A stretch of DNA of 64,000 nt from Thermoplasmata archaeon (GCA_041489255.1 JBGPQV010000001.1:288001-352000), one strand, 5' to 3'; positions 10,284 to 20,855 are shown, counted from the stretch's first letter. Program-made: numbers and translations. The notes: generated by a model from the sequence alone, not told the origin.

Positions 10284-10435
10284 TGTGCCGGTGAAATGGC
10301 TCGCGAGTAATCAAACTTCCTTTCCCGTGACGACCTCGATTCAGCTTAAATATCTCGATTCGCTTCAAGGAGATTCGTGAATCCTGCGGGCCATGCATTT
10401 GGCGGCTGTCGCCGGTTCCGGAAGGAGCATATTCC

Positions 10436-11608
10436 TTGAGAATCCTGATGCTGTGCCCGTATTTCTTCCCTGAGAAGAACGCCGCGGCGGTGAGGGCGAT
10501 GGCCTTCGCGAAATACTTCGTGAGGGAGGGAGCGGAGGTCCATGTCATAATCCCTGAATCCGAAAGGATGCCTCGGGGCGCGGCATACCCCGGCGTCTCT
10601 GTCAGCCGCGTGCTCAGTTACGACAGCCTCAGGGAGAGACGAGGCTTCCTGCAATCCTTGCCCGGCTTCCCGGGCGCCGTCAAGAGAATGGAGGCGATGA
10701 CCGAGGCGATAAAGCCCGATGTCGTCTTGACGACGACACCATCTCCGTTCCTTGCGTTCGAGGGGCATCTGGCCTGCAGGCGCCTGAGAATCCCGATCGT
10801 CTTCGATGTGAGGGACACATGGCTCTTGCTTTCGATCAATCACCCGGGGCTTCTGAACAACTTCCTCAAGAGGAGGATAGAAGGGCAGTGCTGCTGGGGC
10901 GCGAGGAAAGTGCTCGTCGTCACCTCGATGCTCGGCGACCAGCTTGTCCAAGATCATTCCCTACCGCGCAGCAAGATAGTAGTGGCGCCCAACGGCGCCG
11001 ACCTCGAGATCTTCAACGTGCGGGGTGCAGCTGACGTCGACATTGTTTTCCTCGGCTCCCCTTCCACATACCGCAACCTGGAGCAAGTCTTCAAAGCTCT
11101 GTCACTGTTAATCGAGAAGAGGTCATCGACAACGATTCGCTACATCGGCTGGGGAGATACGGAATACACGAGGCATCTGATGTCAGTCGTAAACGGCCTC
11201 GGCATTGCGCGAAATATCGAATTCCTCCCGCCAATTCCCCATGCGGAAGTCCCGGCAGCCCTCGCCCGGGCGAGGGTTGGTCTCATCTCCTTCTCCAGTG
11301 AGCCGGAGATGGGGGTCGCAATCGGAGCCAAGACCTATGAGTACATGGCCGCAGGACTGCCGTTAGCATGTTTCGGGCCTCCCTCTGACTGCGAGCTCAG
11401 GCGGCTCTGGCAATCGACACAGGCGGGGATTTACGAGTCCGAACCAGGGAAATTGGCCGAAAGCCTTGAAAAAGTCCTTGATGACGAGGACATGCAGCGA
11501 TCGATGGCTGAGAAGGCAAGGAAAGCGGCCACCACCTTCGACAGAAAAGCGATTGCACAGATGGTCTACAGGGATGTCCTGCTCCCAATCGTCCAAGGCG
11601 AGCGCTAG
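10436..11608 (+). CDS. Glycosyltransferase family 4
   Basis: FDVRDTW, VAPNGAD, KTYEYMAAGLP. Confidence 0.9.
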   Translation: MRILMLCPYFFPEKNAAAVRAMAFAKYFVREGAEVHVIIPESERMPRGAAYPGVSVSRVLSYDSLRERRGFLQSLPGFPGAVKRMEAMTEAIKPDVVLTTTPSPFLAFEGHLACRRLRIPIVFDVRDTWLLLSINHPGLLNNFLKRRIEGQCCWGARKVLVVTSMLGDQLVQDHSLPRSKIVVAPNGADLEIFNVRGAADVDIVFLGSPSTYRNLEQVFKALSLLIEKRSSTTIRYIGWGDTEYTRHLMSVVNGLGIARNIEFLPPIPHAEVPAALARARVGLISFSSEPEMGVAIGAKTYEYMAAGLPLACFGPPSDCELRRLWQSTQAGIYESEPGKLAESLEKVLDDEDMQRSMAEKARKAATTFDRKAIAQMVYRDVLLPIVQGER

Positions 11609-11670
11609 GACGGCGTAGCGCCAGCGTTCTCGGCGATGATTTAATAGTCAGCCCTCAAATCCCCCGATAT

Positions 11671-12732
11671 GTGAAGGTCGCTTCAGTCGTCGGCACCAGA
11701 CCCCAGTTCGTCAAGGCCGCGGCACTCTCTCCCGAGATCAGGCGGCGTGCGAAGGAGATACTCATCCACACCGGCCAGCACTATGACGAAGAGATGAGCA
11801 AGGTGTTCTTCGAGTCGCTGCACTTGCCGGAGCCCGACTACGACCTCGGCGTGGGTTCGGGAAGCCACGGCCAGCAGACCGGTCTGATGCTTGCAGGTGT
11901 CGAGGAAGTCTTGGACAAAGAGAAGCCGGACTCTGTGCTGGTCTATGGCGACACGAACTCGACCTTGGCCGGCGCCCTCGCAGCTGCGAAACTCCACATC
12001 CCGGTCGGACACGTCGAAGCCGGTCTCAGGTCCAATAACCGCACAATGCCGGAGGAGATCAATAGGATAATCGTCGACCACATCTCCACATTGCTTTTTG
12101 CCCCGACCAAAATTGCGGTGGAGAACCTCAGGCGCGAAGGCATTGAGAAGGGTGTGCACCTCGTGGGGGATGTGATGTATGACCTTGCGATGCGCTCTGC
12201 GAATAGTTCCAAGACCAAGGAAATACTCAAGAAAATGGGTCTGAGATCCAAGGGCTACCTGCTCGCGACAGTGCACAGACCTGCGAACACCGACAATCGA
12301 AGCAACCTTGAGGCGATCATCGAGGCGCTTCAGGAGTGCGGCAGACCTGTCGTCTTTCCTGTGCATCCCCGAACGGCAAAGGCGATTAGGGCGAGCCATA
12401 TCTTCTTCCATCGTTCCGGAGGCAACGTTGCAAGGATCAAGCCCGTCGATTATCTGACGTTTATCTGCTTGCTGACCAATGCCGAGAAGGTGATTACCGA
12501 TAGCGGCGGCGTGCAGAAGGAAGCGTATTTCTTCGGGATCCCCTGCATCACTTTGAGGGAGGAGACCGAGTGGCCTGAAACCGTTGAAACGGGCTGGAAC
12601 CTACTGGTGGGAGCGCGGAAGAAAGAGATACTCAGAGCAGTCAGGAAATTCGAACCGAAAGGGAAGCCCGCGATGGCCTTTGGTGACGGACACGCGGCCG
12701 AGAGGATAGCCCGATTGGTCGCCGGGGGATAA
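11671..12732 (+). CDS. wecB: UDP-N-acetylglucosamine 2-epimerase, non-hydrolysing (WecB/WbpI-like)
   Basis: GTRPQFVK, HTGQHYD, YGDTNST, HVEAGLRS, TDSGGVQKEA, FGDGHAAERI. Confidence 0.93.
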   Translation: MKVASVVGTRPQFVKAAALSPEIRRRAKEILIHTGQHYDEEMSKVFFESLHLPEPDYDLGVGSGSHGQQTGLMLAGVEEVLDKEKPDSVLVYGDTNSTLAGALAAAKLHIPVGHVEAGLRSNNRTMPEEINRIIVDHISTLLFAPTKIAVENLRREGIEKGVHLVGDVMYDLAMRSANSSKTKEILKKMGLRSKGYLLATVHRPANTDNRSNLEAIIEALQECGRPVVFPVHPRTAKAIRASHIFFHRSGGNVARIKPVDYLTFICLLTNAEKVITDSGGVQKEAYFFGIPCITLREETEWPETVETGWNLLVGARKKEILRAVRKFEPKGKPAMAFGDGHAAERIARLVAGG

Positions 12733-12752
12733 GGCGCAAGATTCGCGTCCCA

Positions 12753-13907
12753 TCACGCCGTCGCGACTCTCTGATAGATTTCTTCATAGGCGCTGGTCAT
12801 CGTTTCAACCGAATATTTCGCGACCGCCAGCTCCCGCGACTTCTTCCCTGCCTCGCTTGCCTTTTCAGGATGCCTTAGATAATTCAGAATCGCCTCAGCC
12901 AATTGGCCAGAATCGCCCGGTTCAACAAGCCGTCCGCTGATCCCCTCGACGACCCGCGATTTCAAGCCGCCAATCCTGGATGCTATGACCGGGAGGCCGG
13001 AGGCCATTGCCTCCACCACGACCAACGATGAGGCCTCTTCCCACAATACCGGACAGATGAACATGTCGCTCGCTTGGTAGGCCCGCCTGAGCTGATATTG
13101 ACTTAATGCTCCGACCAGATGATAGCGTATCCCCTGGCCAATCTGGCGCTTCAGGTCTTCCACGAACTCCCTCTGACTCCTTGATTGGTCGAGTGGTCCG
13201 ATGACGATGAACGCGGCGTTGGGGAATTCGGCATTCACCTTGCCCACCGCCTCTAGCAACACTCCGGCTCCCTTTTCCTTGATCACCCTTCCCACGAAGA
13301 GTATCACGGGGCCTGACAGCGTCTCGACTGCGGAGGACTCCGCCAGTTCCTGCATTGCTTTCTTCTTTTCTTCAAGGGAGACCGGATGGAAAATCTCGCA
13401 ATCGACTCCACCTGGTATGACCGCGGTATCGGGACTTATGCCGCACGTCTCGATATATCGCGCCCTATGTTCTTCCGAAACACAAACCAACGCGTTCGCG
13501 AAGGGTATGAAGCTGCTGAGTCTGATCGTGCGTTTCTCTATTGGTGAATGGAATGTGTGCGCGACTCGAGCGCCGAAAAGTCTCGTCAAAACCCCAGCTT
13601 CCAGACAGAAGCTAGCGCTCTGGGAATGGACTATCACGCGTCTCCCTGCAAGCCTGAGCCTCAGGATTTTTCCCAAGACCGCGAGGATGAAAACGGCCAC
13701 GGCGAGTTCATGGACAGCCCTGTGGATCCATCTATTCGAAATCGCATCCTCCCTCTTTGACAACCAAGCGGGGAATGAAATCACGCGAACATCGTAGCCT
13801 CGCCCCGCCAGGACTTGGGACAGGCTCCGCACATAGGTGGAGATGCCGCCGACAGTAGGTATGTAGTAGTTCGTCACGATGACGATAGTTGGTTTTTCTT
13901 CACTCAT
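12753..13907 (-). CDS. Glycosyltransferase family 4
   Basis: GGISTYV, FVGRVIKEKG, VVEAMASGLPVIAS; start at ATG 13907. Confidence 0.9.
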   Translation of the reverse strand: MSEEKPTIVIVTNYYIPTVGGISTYVRSLSQVLAGRGYDVRVISFPAWLSKREDAISNRWIHRAVHELAVAVFILAVLGKILRLRLAGRRVIVHSQSASFCLEAGVLTRLFGARVAHTFHSPIEKRTIRLSSFIPFANALVCVSEEHRARYIETCGISPDTAVIPGGVDCEIFHPVSLEEKKKAMQELAESSAVETLSGPVILFVGRVIKEKGAGVLLEAVGKVNAEFPNAAFIVIGPLDQSRSQREFVEDLKRQIGQGIRYHLVGALSQYQLRRAYQASDMFICPVLWEEASSLVVVEAMASGLPVIASRIGGLKSRVVEGISGRLVEPGDSGQLAEAILNYLRHPEKASEAGKKSRELAVAKYSVETMTSAYEEIYQRVATA

Positions 13908-14021
13908 GCTGCCGTACCACCATTCTGCTCTAGCCGCACCTTGATTGATGTCCATCCCTCGATCGGATTCTGAGTGTCGTGAGCAGGGAGAGAACCCTCA
14001 TCACAGACAATCGGGCAATAC

Positions 14022-15746
14022 CTAACTGTCAGGCGGACCGCCTCTGGCCAGCCAAAGTGTCACACCGGAATTTGAAAAGACGACATACCTGGTGTTGGGC
14101 AATACATTTTCAGCTGCCACACACGTCTTGTGTGGGTCGCCCGCGGGCAGGCCATCACCGCCCAGCAAGCATGAAATCCTGATGTAGCCGTAAGAAGTAT
14201 AGTAAGGGAAGATGGAGTTATCCGAGGCCACGAAGTGGACATGATAATAGTTCATCAACGAGACTGACTCAGTCGGATTCCCATAGACGAAAATGAGTTC
14301 CCACTGAAATTCGGCGTTGGGAACGCGTAGCGGAACGTATATCTGGTCCGTATCGAACGATATGCTCGTTAAGTTGATCAATCGAACCTCCAAATCGGCG
14401 CCATTCACATAATCCCACATAAGCTGCTGCGAACTGACCCAGTGAGTAGAGGCTCCGCCGAGCGGCAGGTTTGGCAGTCCCGATATCGCTGCCAGCCTTC
14501 CACCGGTGAGACCGGCATTCGTCGCGACTGTGCCCCACTCCCTGTGGAGAATGTAGAGTCCCGCATCGTAAACGTCGTCAGGGATCGGTGTGTCTGTGAC
14601 GTAGAGGTCTCTCCAGCGATCCTTCGTCTCCCAAGAGAAAAACACCGACGCAACCAGCAGGCTAGCCAAGAAGACGGCGCCAAGCTGTCTGCGCTTCCTC
14701 AGCATCATGGTCAGGCTGATGGCACCGGTCACGACCAAAAGCGCGAAGATAGGTATGGTGAACTCGATGATGTAGTCGCGAAGCGAGAGCAACGGCAGGA
14801 AGATGAAAACGACCAGCAGAAAGAACTTGTCGACGGACTCTTTGGGTCTCTTCCATGCATAGGCGATGAGGCCGATGGGGGCCAGGGGGAGGAGAAGTCC
14901 AACCCGCCCTACGAAGCTCACGGCCATGTTGGTTAGGAGTACGGGGAAGCTTGTGCCGGATAGAAACAACCCTGACTCGTACTGCTCAACTACGTTAGCA
15001 CCCGATATACCGGGGAACTGGAATTGGATGTAGAAAATCGATAGGAAGGCAGCAATCGCCAAGAAGACGAGTGCGAATCTCATCGGCTTTTCGAGCTTGG
15101 TAAGAGAGAACCTGAGTCTCTGTGTGACGAGGTGCAAAGGCAGGGCGAGAATGTACGCGATGAAGATGAGTATGACGAGAAGACCCATCCTGTGCAACGA
15201 CCCGAGCAACAGGAAAACCGCCAGCGACAGGATGAGGTAGCGGATATCCCTGGTCTTCATGTGTTTGACCAGCAAGAGGAAGAAGAAGGGCAGCAGGGCG
15301 ACAACGAGGCCCCTGCTCGATGCGACCCACGTGGTGTCCTTAATGTAGAACGGCGCCAGCGTGAAAAGCAGAGCTATGGAGTGCGCGAAGATGTCGTCGT
15401 CTCTGATCAGCTTCGACATGATGTATGTGGAGATGACGCCGACAATGGCGAGAATCTGCCCGAGCAGGAAAACGGCTCCCTCGATGGAAACGTCCGTGAC
15501 GAGGAACACGTTCGATAGCAAGAATGGTGCGGCGCTGGGATATGAGAGGGCGTAGAGTCCGAAGTAGGAGCTAGGGTGCAGTATCCACTTCGCATAGCCG
15601 TCCTGGACTATCGAGTTCGCCATCGTGTGCACATATGTCGTGTCCGAGCCCATCTCGTGGTTGACCCCGATGGGGAACCGAAAGACTATCGTGATGAACA
15701 CGAGAGCCAACAGGATGCAGTAGTTAGCTTTCCGAGGAAGCCTCAT
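14022..15746 (-). CDS. Polytopic membrane protein (GT-C/polymerase-like) in glycan locus
   Basis: About 11 hydrophobic segments, N-terminal loop HEMGSDT..H, soluble C-terminal domain; lies within a GT operon. Confidence 0.7.
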   Translation of the reverse strand: MRLPRKANYCILLALVFITIVFRFPIGVNHEMGSDTTYVHTMANSIVQDGYAKWILHPSSYFGLYALSYPSAAPFLLSNVFLVTDVSIEGAVFLLGQILAIVGVISTYIMSKLIRDDDIFAHSIALLFTLAPFYIKDTTWVASSRGLVVALLPFFFLLLVKHMKTRDIRYLILSLAVFLLLGSLHRMGLLVILIFIAYILALPLHLVTQRLRFSLTKLEKPMRFALVFLAIAAFLSIFYIQFQFPGISGANVVEQYESGLFLSGTSFPVLLTNMAVSFVGRVGLLLPLAPIGLIAYAWKRPKESVDKFFLLVVFIFLPLLSLRDYIIEFTIPIFALLVVTGAISLTMMLRKRRQLGAVFLASLLVASVFFSWETKDRWRDLYVTDTPIPDDVYDAGLYILHREWGTVATNAGLTGGRLAAISGLPNLPLGGASTHWVSSQQLMWDYVNGADLEVRLINLTSISFDTDQIYVPLRVPNAEFQWELIFVYGNPTESVSLMNYYHVHFVASDNSIFPYYTSYGYIRISCLLGGDGLPAGDPHKTCVAAENVLPNTRYVVFSNSGVTLWLARGGPPDS

Positions 15747-16845
15747 CGTAGACCGCCATTACTTCTTTCGCCACGGACTCCCATGAGAATCGTTTTACCG
15801 ATTCTGCGCAGTTTCTCGACAGTGAGGAGGAGGTAGCTAAAGCTTTCTCCATGATTTCAGAGAGCGCACTTATGTCGTTGACGACGTACCCATTCACTCC
15901 ATCCTTGATTATCTCCGGGATGATTCCTACCGGTGTCGAAACGACTAGGGTGCCGCATGCCAGCGATTCCATCGCTATTGTGGGGAGGCCCTCTTCTTCT
16001 GACGCGATGACCGTGGCTTCCGCCGCGCTGAGCAGAAGGCTGAGCTCTTGCTTCGCCGCTGTGGGTCTCCATTCCACCCTTCCTAGAGAAAGGCTGGTGG
16101 CGAGGTCTCTCAGGTTGCCCTCGTCCGTCCCCTCGCCAACAATCATCAGAAGAGCTCGCTCGTTTCTTGCCTCAACCTCCTTGAATGCCCTCAGAATCAA
16201 GTCGATCTTCTTCTCCTTGTCAAGACGTCCCGCGTAGAGGATGACTTGGACATCTCCACGGATGTCGAGCATTGCTTTCGCTTCGGCCTTGTGCCTAGGC
16301 TTGAGAACATCAAGGTCGAGGCCTGCATACGCGAGGCGCATCTTCCTTGACAAGGAAGGATACTTCTCCTGGAAATGGGCAAGATTCGCCTTTGAAACGC
16401 AGATTATTCTGTGAGCCCGCTTGAGGGAGAAAGACTCGATCTGGTCGTATATCTGACCAACCACATCGCCCTTGTTTATCCGCACCATGTCCGAGTGCGC
16501 TCCATGGAGGGTCACAACCTTTGGATTCCTCAGATGCGAAATGCAGAAGGGCGCGAGATTGTCCGGTCTCTGGGCGTGGATTACCGTGTCCTCGGAGAGT
16601 TGTATTGATGGAACGGCCTTCACAATACTGAGAACGAAATCAAGACTCGTTGTCGGGTGATCCTGGACCGCCAAGAAGTCCACGCCAAAGGACTGCAGAT
16701 TCCCAGGACTCCCGATGCCTACAAGCTTCACCTGGACTCCGTTCTTGGCAAGGGCTTTTGCAAGTCCAATGGTGTACGCGAAGACGCCGCTGGCCGCCTC
16801 CCTCGATGGGTCTATGCCTGAGATTAAGGCTACATTCGTGGTCAT
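15724..16845 (-). CDS. Glycosyltransferase family 4
   Basis: VVTLHG, YAGRLDKEK, EGLPTIAMESLACG; ATGA overlap with upstream gene supports start 16845. Confidence 0.9.
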   Translation of the reverse strand: MTTNVALISGIDPSREAASGVFAYTIGLAKALAKNGVQVKLVGIGSPGNLQSFGVDFLAVQDHPTTSLDFVLSIVKAVPSIQLSEDTVIHAQRPDNLAPFCISHLRNPKVVTLHGAHSDMVRINKGDVVGQIYDQIESFSLKRAHRIICVSKANLAHFQEKYPSLSRKMRLAYAGLDLDVLKPRHKAEAKAMLDIRGDVQVILYAGRLDKEKKIDLILRAFKEVEARNERALLMIVGEGTDEGNLRDLATSLSLGRVEWRPTAAKQELSLLLSAAEATVIASEEEGLPTIAMESLACGTLVVSTPVGIIPEIIKDGVNGYVVNDISALSEIMEKALATSSSLSRNCAESVKRFSWESVAKEVMAVYDEASSES

Positions 16846-17912
16846 TTTCCCGATGCCCGCCTCTTCTCCTCTTTGAAGCTCTCGGGCCATCGCTCCAAGA
16901 AATTGATGATGAAGGCAGTGACGTCAATTTTGTCGTGGAGCATATTCCTTCTCTTTTCCGCCCATTCGTTCTTGACGTCCTTTTTTGAGAGTATCTCTTC
17001 CGCCTTCTTCCTCGCATCTCCCTCCGACTTCACGTGGAAACCGAGTGCATAATTGTCCTGCTGGTCGGTGAGATAGCCTCGGCCCGCTTCGGATACGAAG
17101 ATCCACGGGGTGCCGAGGACTCCCGCCTCTGAGGCCATGGTGGCACCCTCACCGATGTAGAGATTCGCGTAGTTCAGCAGATCATGTACTCTGTGCAAGG
17201 GAAGCCTATTAGCGTAGGGGTCGAACTCCTTAGGGAGTGGTCTCTCAGTCGTAAGGAATACACGACCCCAACCCTCGAGGAACTTCAAGAAGTCCATCAC
17301 TTGTTTGGTGGATGTGAAGCCGAACCCTTGCTCGCCAACATCGTGACTGCTTGTCCAGGACGCTAGGCGGACCACTGAGTAAACGGCCCCTGGCTTCACC
17401 CCGAGCTCGTCTAGCACTGAGGGATCGGGTCGGAAGTAGTTTGGGTGCAGATAAGCAATTTCCTTGTATCCGTTGTATTTAATCTGCTTCGGTCCTAGGT
17501 CGAGTGAGAAACACGATGGTGTGCAAATGGCATCTGTGAAAGGAAGCATCATCTTGGTGATTACGCCGGCGATCTCCGTGTCTCCGAATGCTACATGAGG
17601 AATGCCGAGCACCTTGCTGACCTGGGCTGCATATGGCGAGCCCGTGCTCACTATGATTTCTGGTTCGACGCGTGCCGCAAACTTCAGCAGGTTGAGGTCT
17701 CTCGGGAGGATGTCCAGGACTTTGCTGGTGAGAATCTTGCGGTCGACGCCGAACACCTCGCATGGTATTTTATAGCAGTTAAGGAGGGCAATCGTGGTCT
17801 CCTTCTTGACCGCCGCCACGGATACCTCGTGCCCTCGCTTTCGCAGACCAGCTAGCGCGTTCCTGAAGAGGTGAACATGAGCGGGATGCCCCATCACGAA
17901 CATGAAGCGCAA
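16842..17912 (-). CDS. DUF354-family protein (GT-B-like)
   Basis: HPAHVHLF, FGDTE, YNGYKEIAYLHP, HD, GEGATMASEAGVLGTP. Confidence 0.85.
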   Translation of the reverse strand: MRFMFVMGHPAHVHLFRNALAGLRKRGHEVSVAAVKKETTIALLNCYKIPCEVFGVDRKILTSKVLDILPRDLNLLKFAARVEPEIIVSTGSPYAAQVSKVLGIPHVAFGDTEIAGVITKMMLPFTDAICTPSCFSLDLGPKQIKYNGYKEIAYLHPNYFRPDPSVLDELGVKPGAVYSVVRLASWTSSHDVGEQGFGFTSTKQVMDFLKFLEGWGRVFLTTERPLPKEFDPYANRLPLHRVHDLLNYANLYIGEGATMASEAGVLGTPWIFVSEAGRGYLTDQQDNYALGFHVKSEGDARKKAEEILSKKDVKNEWAEKRRNMLHDKIDVTAFIINFLERWPESFKEEKRRASGK

Positions 17913-18956
17913 TCAAATCCGCCTTCTGACTTTGTGCAAGTTCTGTATCAGCTTTAACATCTTGGGTTTGTGGATGATAGTGTACCGCCCCAAATTCACA
18001 AGCTGCCCCCCGAACCTGCGTTTAAACTCCCTGGGGCCATACTCCTCCTCGGGCAGGCCTGCACCGCCGAAGTCGAGGAGGCTGTAGCCGGATTCGTGCC
18101 CCCAGGTCATCAACCGCCATACGAGAAACTCGTTTGCATTGACCTCTTCAGCTTCCGGAACCGATCCCGCATACCAATCGTAGATGACACCTGAGAAAGT
18201 GAGGGCCACCCTGGCTGCAATAGGCGTCTCACCACGAAAGGCCATCATCATTTTCGCCATGTTATTTGGGACGAGTATGCGCTGCATCGCCTCGAACATC
18301 GACCTGTCCTGCAAAGGTATCCTTGCTTGATTGTGTGACTCTGTAAGCAAACCGTAGAGCGTGTCGATGTCGCCCGTGGAGGACGCGTCCACAACTTCCA
18401 GACCGAGGTTCTCCGCCCTGCGGATGCCCTTTCGCCTGTGCTTGCTCATCTTCTCCCGGAGCGCTTCCTTTCCGATGGTCAGATCGACGAAGTAGTTCAG
18501 CCAGTCTTCGCGGGAGAACCCCGCGGAGGTGAAGAGAGACAACTGGTCCGGCTGATCAAACATCGGATAGAAACGAGTGTAGAGACTCTTCTCCCCGGCG
18601 GCATCCAGGAGCTTCGAGATGAGCAACTTACCCACAATGGCGCCAACCCCAGTGGAGGCGAAAAGTGGACCGCCGCGACATGAAACATGGTTGACCACCT
18701 TGCCCACCAAGACGCCGGCATCCATGAATGTGGTCGCGACAAGCGAGCCCAGAATTCCTCCTTGGTCATTCTTCGCGATGAAGCCCAGGGGTCTGCATTG
18801 TTTCGTCTTCGAGTAGACCTTGAACATGGCCCCCGACTGGAATGGCGAGGGACAGCTGTGCGACTCTGCAAACTTGGTGATTTCCTCCAGAGACCGCTCA
18901 TCAGTGGCGGCGATTCGCTTCAAATCGATCCCGTTTATCGCCTGAGCCGCAGCCAC
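17913..18956 (-). CDS. FemAB/FemX-like GNAT acyl/aminoacyl-transferase (paralogue 2)
   Basis: SPFQS, GGP, DLT, RRKGIRRAE, DWYAGS, DFGGAG...YGPREFKRRFGG; TAGTG stop/start overlap at 18956. Confidence 0.85.
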   Translation of the reverse strand: MAAAQAINGIDLKRIAATDERSLEEITKFAESHSCPSPFQSGAMFKVYSKTKQCRPLGFIAKNDQGGILGSLVATTFMDAGVLVGKVVNHVSCRGGPLFASTGVGAIVGKLLISKLLDAAGEKSLYTRFYPMFDQPDQLSLFTSAGFSREDWLNYFVDLTIGKEALREKMSKHRRKGIRRAENLGLEVVDASSTGDIDTLYGLLTESHNQARIPLQDRSMFEAMQRILVPNNMAKMMMAFRGETPIAARVALTFSGVIYDWYAGSVPEAEEVNANEFLVWRLMTWGHESGYSLLDFGGAGLPEEEYGPREFKRRFGGQLVNLGRYTIIHKPKMLKLIQNLHKVRRRI

Positions 18957-19978
18957 TAGCCCAGCCTCCTGAGCACCTCGTATCCCTTGCGGCCAATTAG
19001 GTGCTTCACCGGGTGGTAGATCTTCTGGAACCGCCCATAGTTGGTCATTGCCCCGCCAAATCGCCTTTTGAACTCGCCGGGTCCGTACTTCTCGCCGGGT
19101 TTCCCTGCCCCGCCGAAGTCGAAGAGCCTGAATCCATTCTCGCTGCCCCACTTCATGATTGCCCAAACGAGGAACTCGTTCACGTTCTGCCCCTTCGCGG
19201 CTGACGCGCTTCCCGCATACCAATCGTGCAGCATGCCGTTGTAAGCGAGAACCATCCTACCCGCCAATATCTGTTTTTGATGGACTGCCAGGAACAGATG
19301 CGCCATTCCGCCGGGTGACATGAACCGCCATGCGCTCGTGAAGAGCGATTTATCGGCCAGCGGGACGCCGACGCCCTCATAGGTCTCAGAAACCAGGTCA
19401 TAGAACCTATCGATATCCGCTCTACCGCCATCGACTAGCTTCATCCCTCCCGTCTCAGCCTTTTTGATTCCCTTGCATCTGCCCTCCGAGAATCCCGCCC
19501 AGATTTCGGATGGCGACCTAGTGAGGTCGTGTACGTAGTTGAGGTGCTCCTCGAACTGGTAGCCGATTCCTGTGAGGATTAAACGGGAGGATGACATGTC
19601 CCTGAGGTTCCTGATTTGAGCGTACAGCGACCTCTTGGCAACCTCCCGGTCGAATGCCTCCATCAACTCCGCAATGTCACCGTTCGTGGACAACGGTCCG
19701 CCCGTCACAATCGCTCTCGAGCTGAGTGAACCTTTCAATCCGCTGCCTTCCTTGATGATGCATGCAAGCACAAGACTGTCTATCTCACCATTCCGCTCAG
19801 ATGCGACGACCATCGGTTCGGTGTTCTTTGTCGCAGCGAAAACTTCGTTCATCTCTGGAGTCTGGAAGACGTTCGCATCTGAAACGCCCTCAAGGAAAGC
19901 TCTCCATCTCTTCGCTTCCACAGTCTTCAGGACTCCCAGCGGATCACCTTCCGAACCTCCTCGCCAGAAAGTCGCCAA
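18956..19978 (-). CDS. FemAB/FemX-like GNAT acyl/aminoacyl-transferase (paralogue 1)
   Basis: NVFQTPE, GGP, HLNY..DLT, DWYAGS, FDFGGAGKP...FKRRFGG. Confidence 0.85.
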   Translation of the reverse strand: MATFWRGGSEGDPLGVLKTVEAKRWRAFLEGVSDANVFQTPEMNEVFAATKNTEPMVVASERNGEIDSLVLACIIKEGSGLKGSLSSRAIVTGGPLSTNGDIAELMEAFDREVAKRSLYAQIRNLRDMSSSRLILTGIGYQFEEHLNYVHDLTRSPSEIWAGFSEGRCKGIKKAETGGMKLVDGGRADIDRFYDLVSETYEGVGVPLADKSLFTSAWRFMSPGGMAHLFLAVHQKQILAGRMVLAYNGMLHDWYAGSASAAKGQNVNEFLVWAIMKWGSENGFRLFDFGGAGKPGEKYGPGEFKRRFGGAMTNYGRFQKIYHPVKHLIGRKGYEVLRRLG

Positions 19979-20855
19979 GGGTCACGGCATCAATGTCTCC
20001 TGAAATCGTGAGAGCGCAGGTGGCGCCACCAGGCCAACGCGCTCCCTCAGAGGGTTTCTCCAGCCACCACTTCCCGACTATCATCAGCGGTGCCACCCAC
20101 GCCTTCCTGTCCGCTGCGTGTTTCAGGACGTCGTCAAGTGCAGTCTCAAAGAAATCGAACCTCTCCGGATGCAGCTGGAGCACGAGATGTCCTCCGGACT
20201 GAATCGCGGAATTCATCATGGCGGCAAGCGCCCGAGCGAATCTCCCGCCATCAATCAAGCTGAGCCGATCTACGAGTATCTCGTCATCGGGGATGGCGAC
20301 CGGCATCTCCACCATTTTGCCCCGCACAACTGGGAGACAGAATCCCGTTTTGCTGATCCCGTAAGATCCTAGCGCCTCCTTCATGCCTGTAAATGAGTCG
20401 AATTCACTCCCACAGCTCCATCCGGCGGGCTTGCTGCTGTCATAGAGGAGTCCTGTTCCCGCCACGGCGTCAAGCATGGATTCGCTCCAACGCAGATACG
20501 GGGCCCTGAAACCCGCCACATCGATCTTCAATGAGCGAAACGTCTCAATGGCATCCTTCATCAACTCGATTTGGCGGTCCGTCTCAAGGTGCGAGAAATC
20601 CCTGTGTCTGAGGCCGTGAACAGCTATTTCCATCCCTTCGAGTATGTTCGCCAGCTCAGGATGTCGCTCGAGCACTGTAGCGGTGATTGGAAATGTCCCC
20701 ACGACCTCGTGCTTCTTCAGCAGCGCCACCATCCTCTCAAGATTTCCCATGAACTTCCTCGATGAAAAACCATAGCGGCTCGGGAGCACGAATGCACGCC
20801 TGACCCTCTGCCGCCCCGTTTTCGACTTCGTCCTTCCCATCCCTTCCTCCCTCAA
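19944..20855 (-). CDS. Polysaccharide deacetylase family protein
   Basis: EIAVHGLRH, GFRAPYL, YDSS, LQLHPE; DID motif at C-terminus. Confidence 0.85.
   Translation of the reverse strand: MREEGMGRTKSKTGRQRVRRAFVLPSRYGFSSRKFMGNLERMVALLKKHEVVGTFPITATVLERHPELANILEGMEIAVHGLRHRDFSHLETDRQIELMKDAIETFRSLKIDVAGFRAPYLRWSESMLDAVAGTGLLYDSSKPAGWSCGSEFDSFTGMKEALGSYGISKTGFCLPVVRGKMVEMPVAIPDDEILVDRLSLIDGGRFARALAAMMNSAIQSGGHLVLQLHPERFDFFETALDDVLKHAADRKAWVAPLMIVGKWWLEKPSEGARWPGGATCALTISGDIDAVTLGDFLARRFGR

Noticed and set aside
18957-19223. N-terminal extension of the second FemAB-like ORF, or a frameshift fusion
   Set aside because: Overlaps the upstream paralogue; a clean TAGTG stop/start junction explains it
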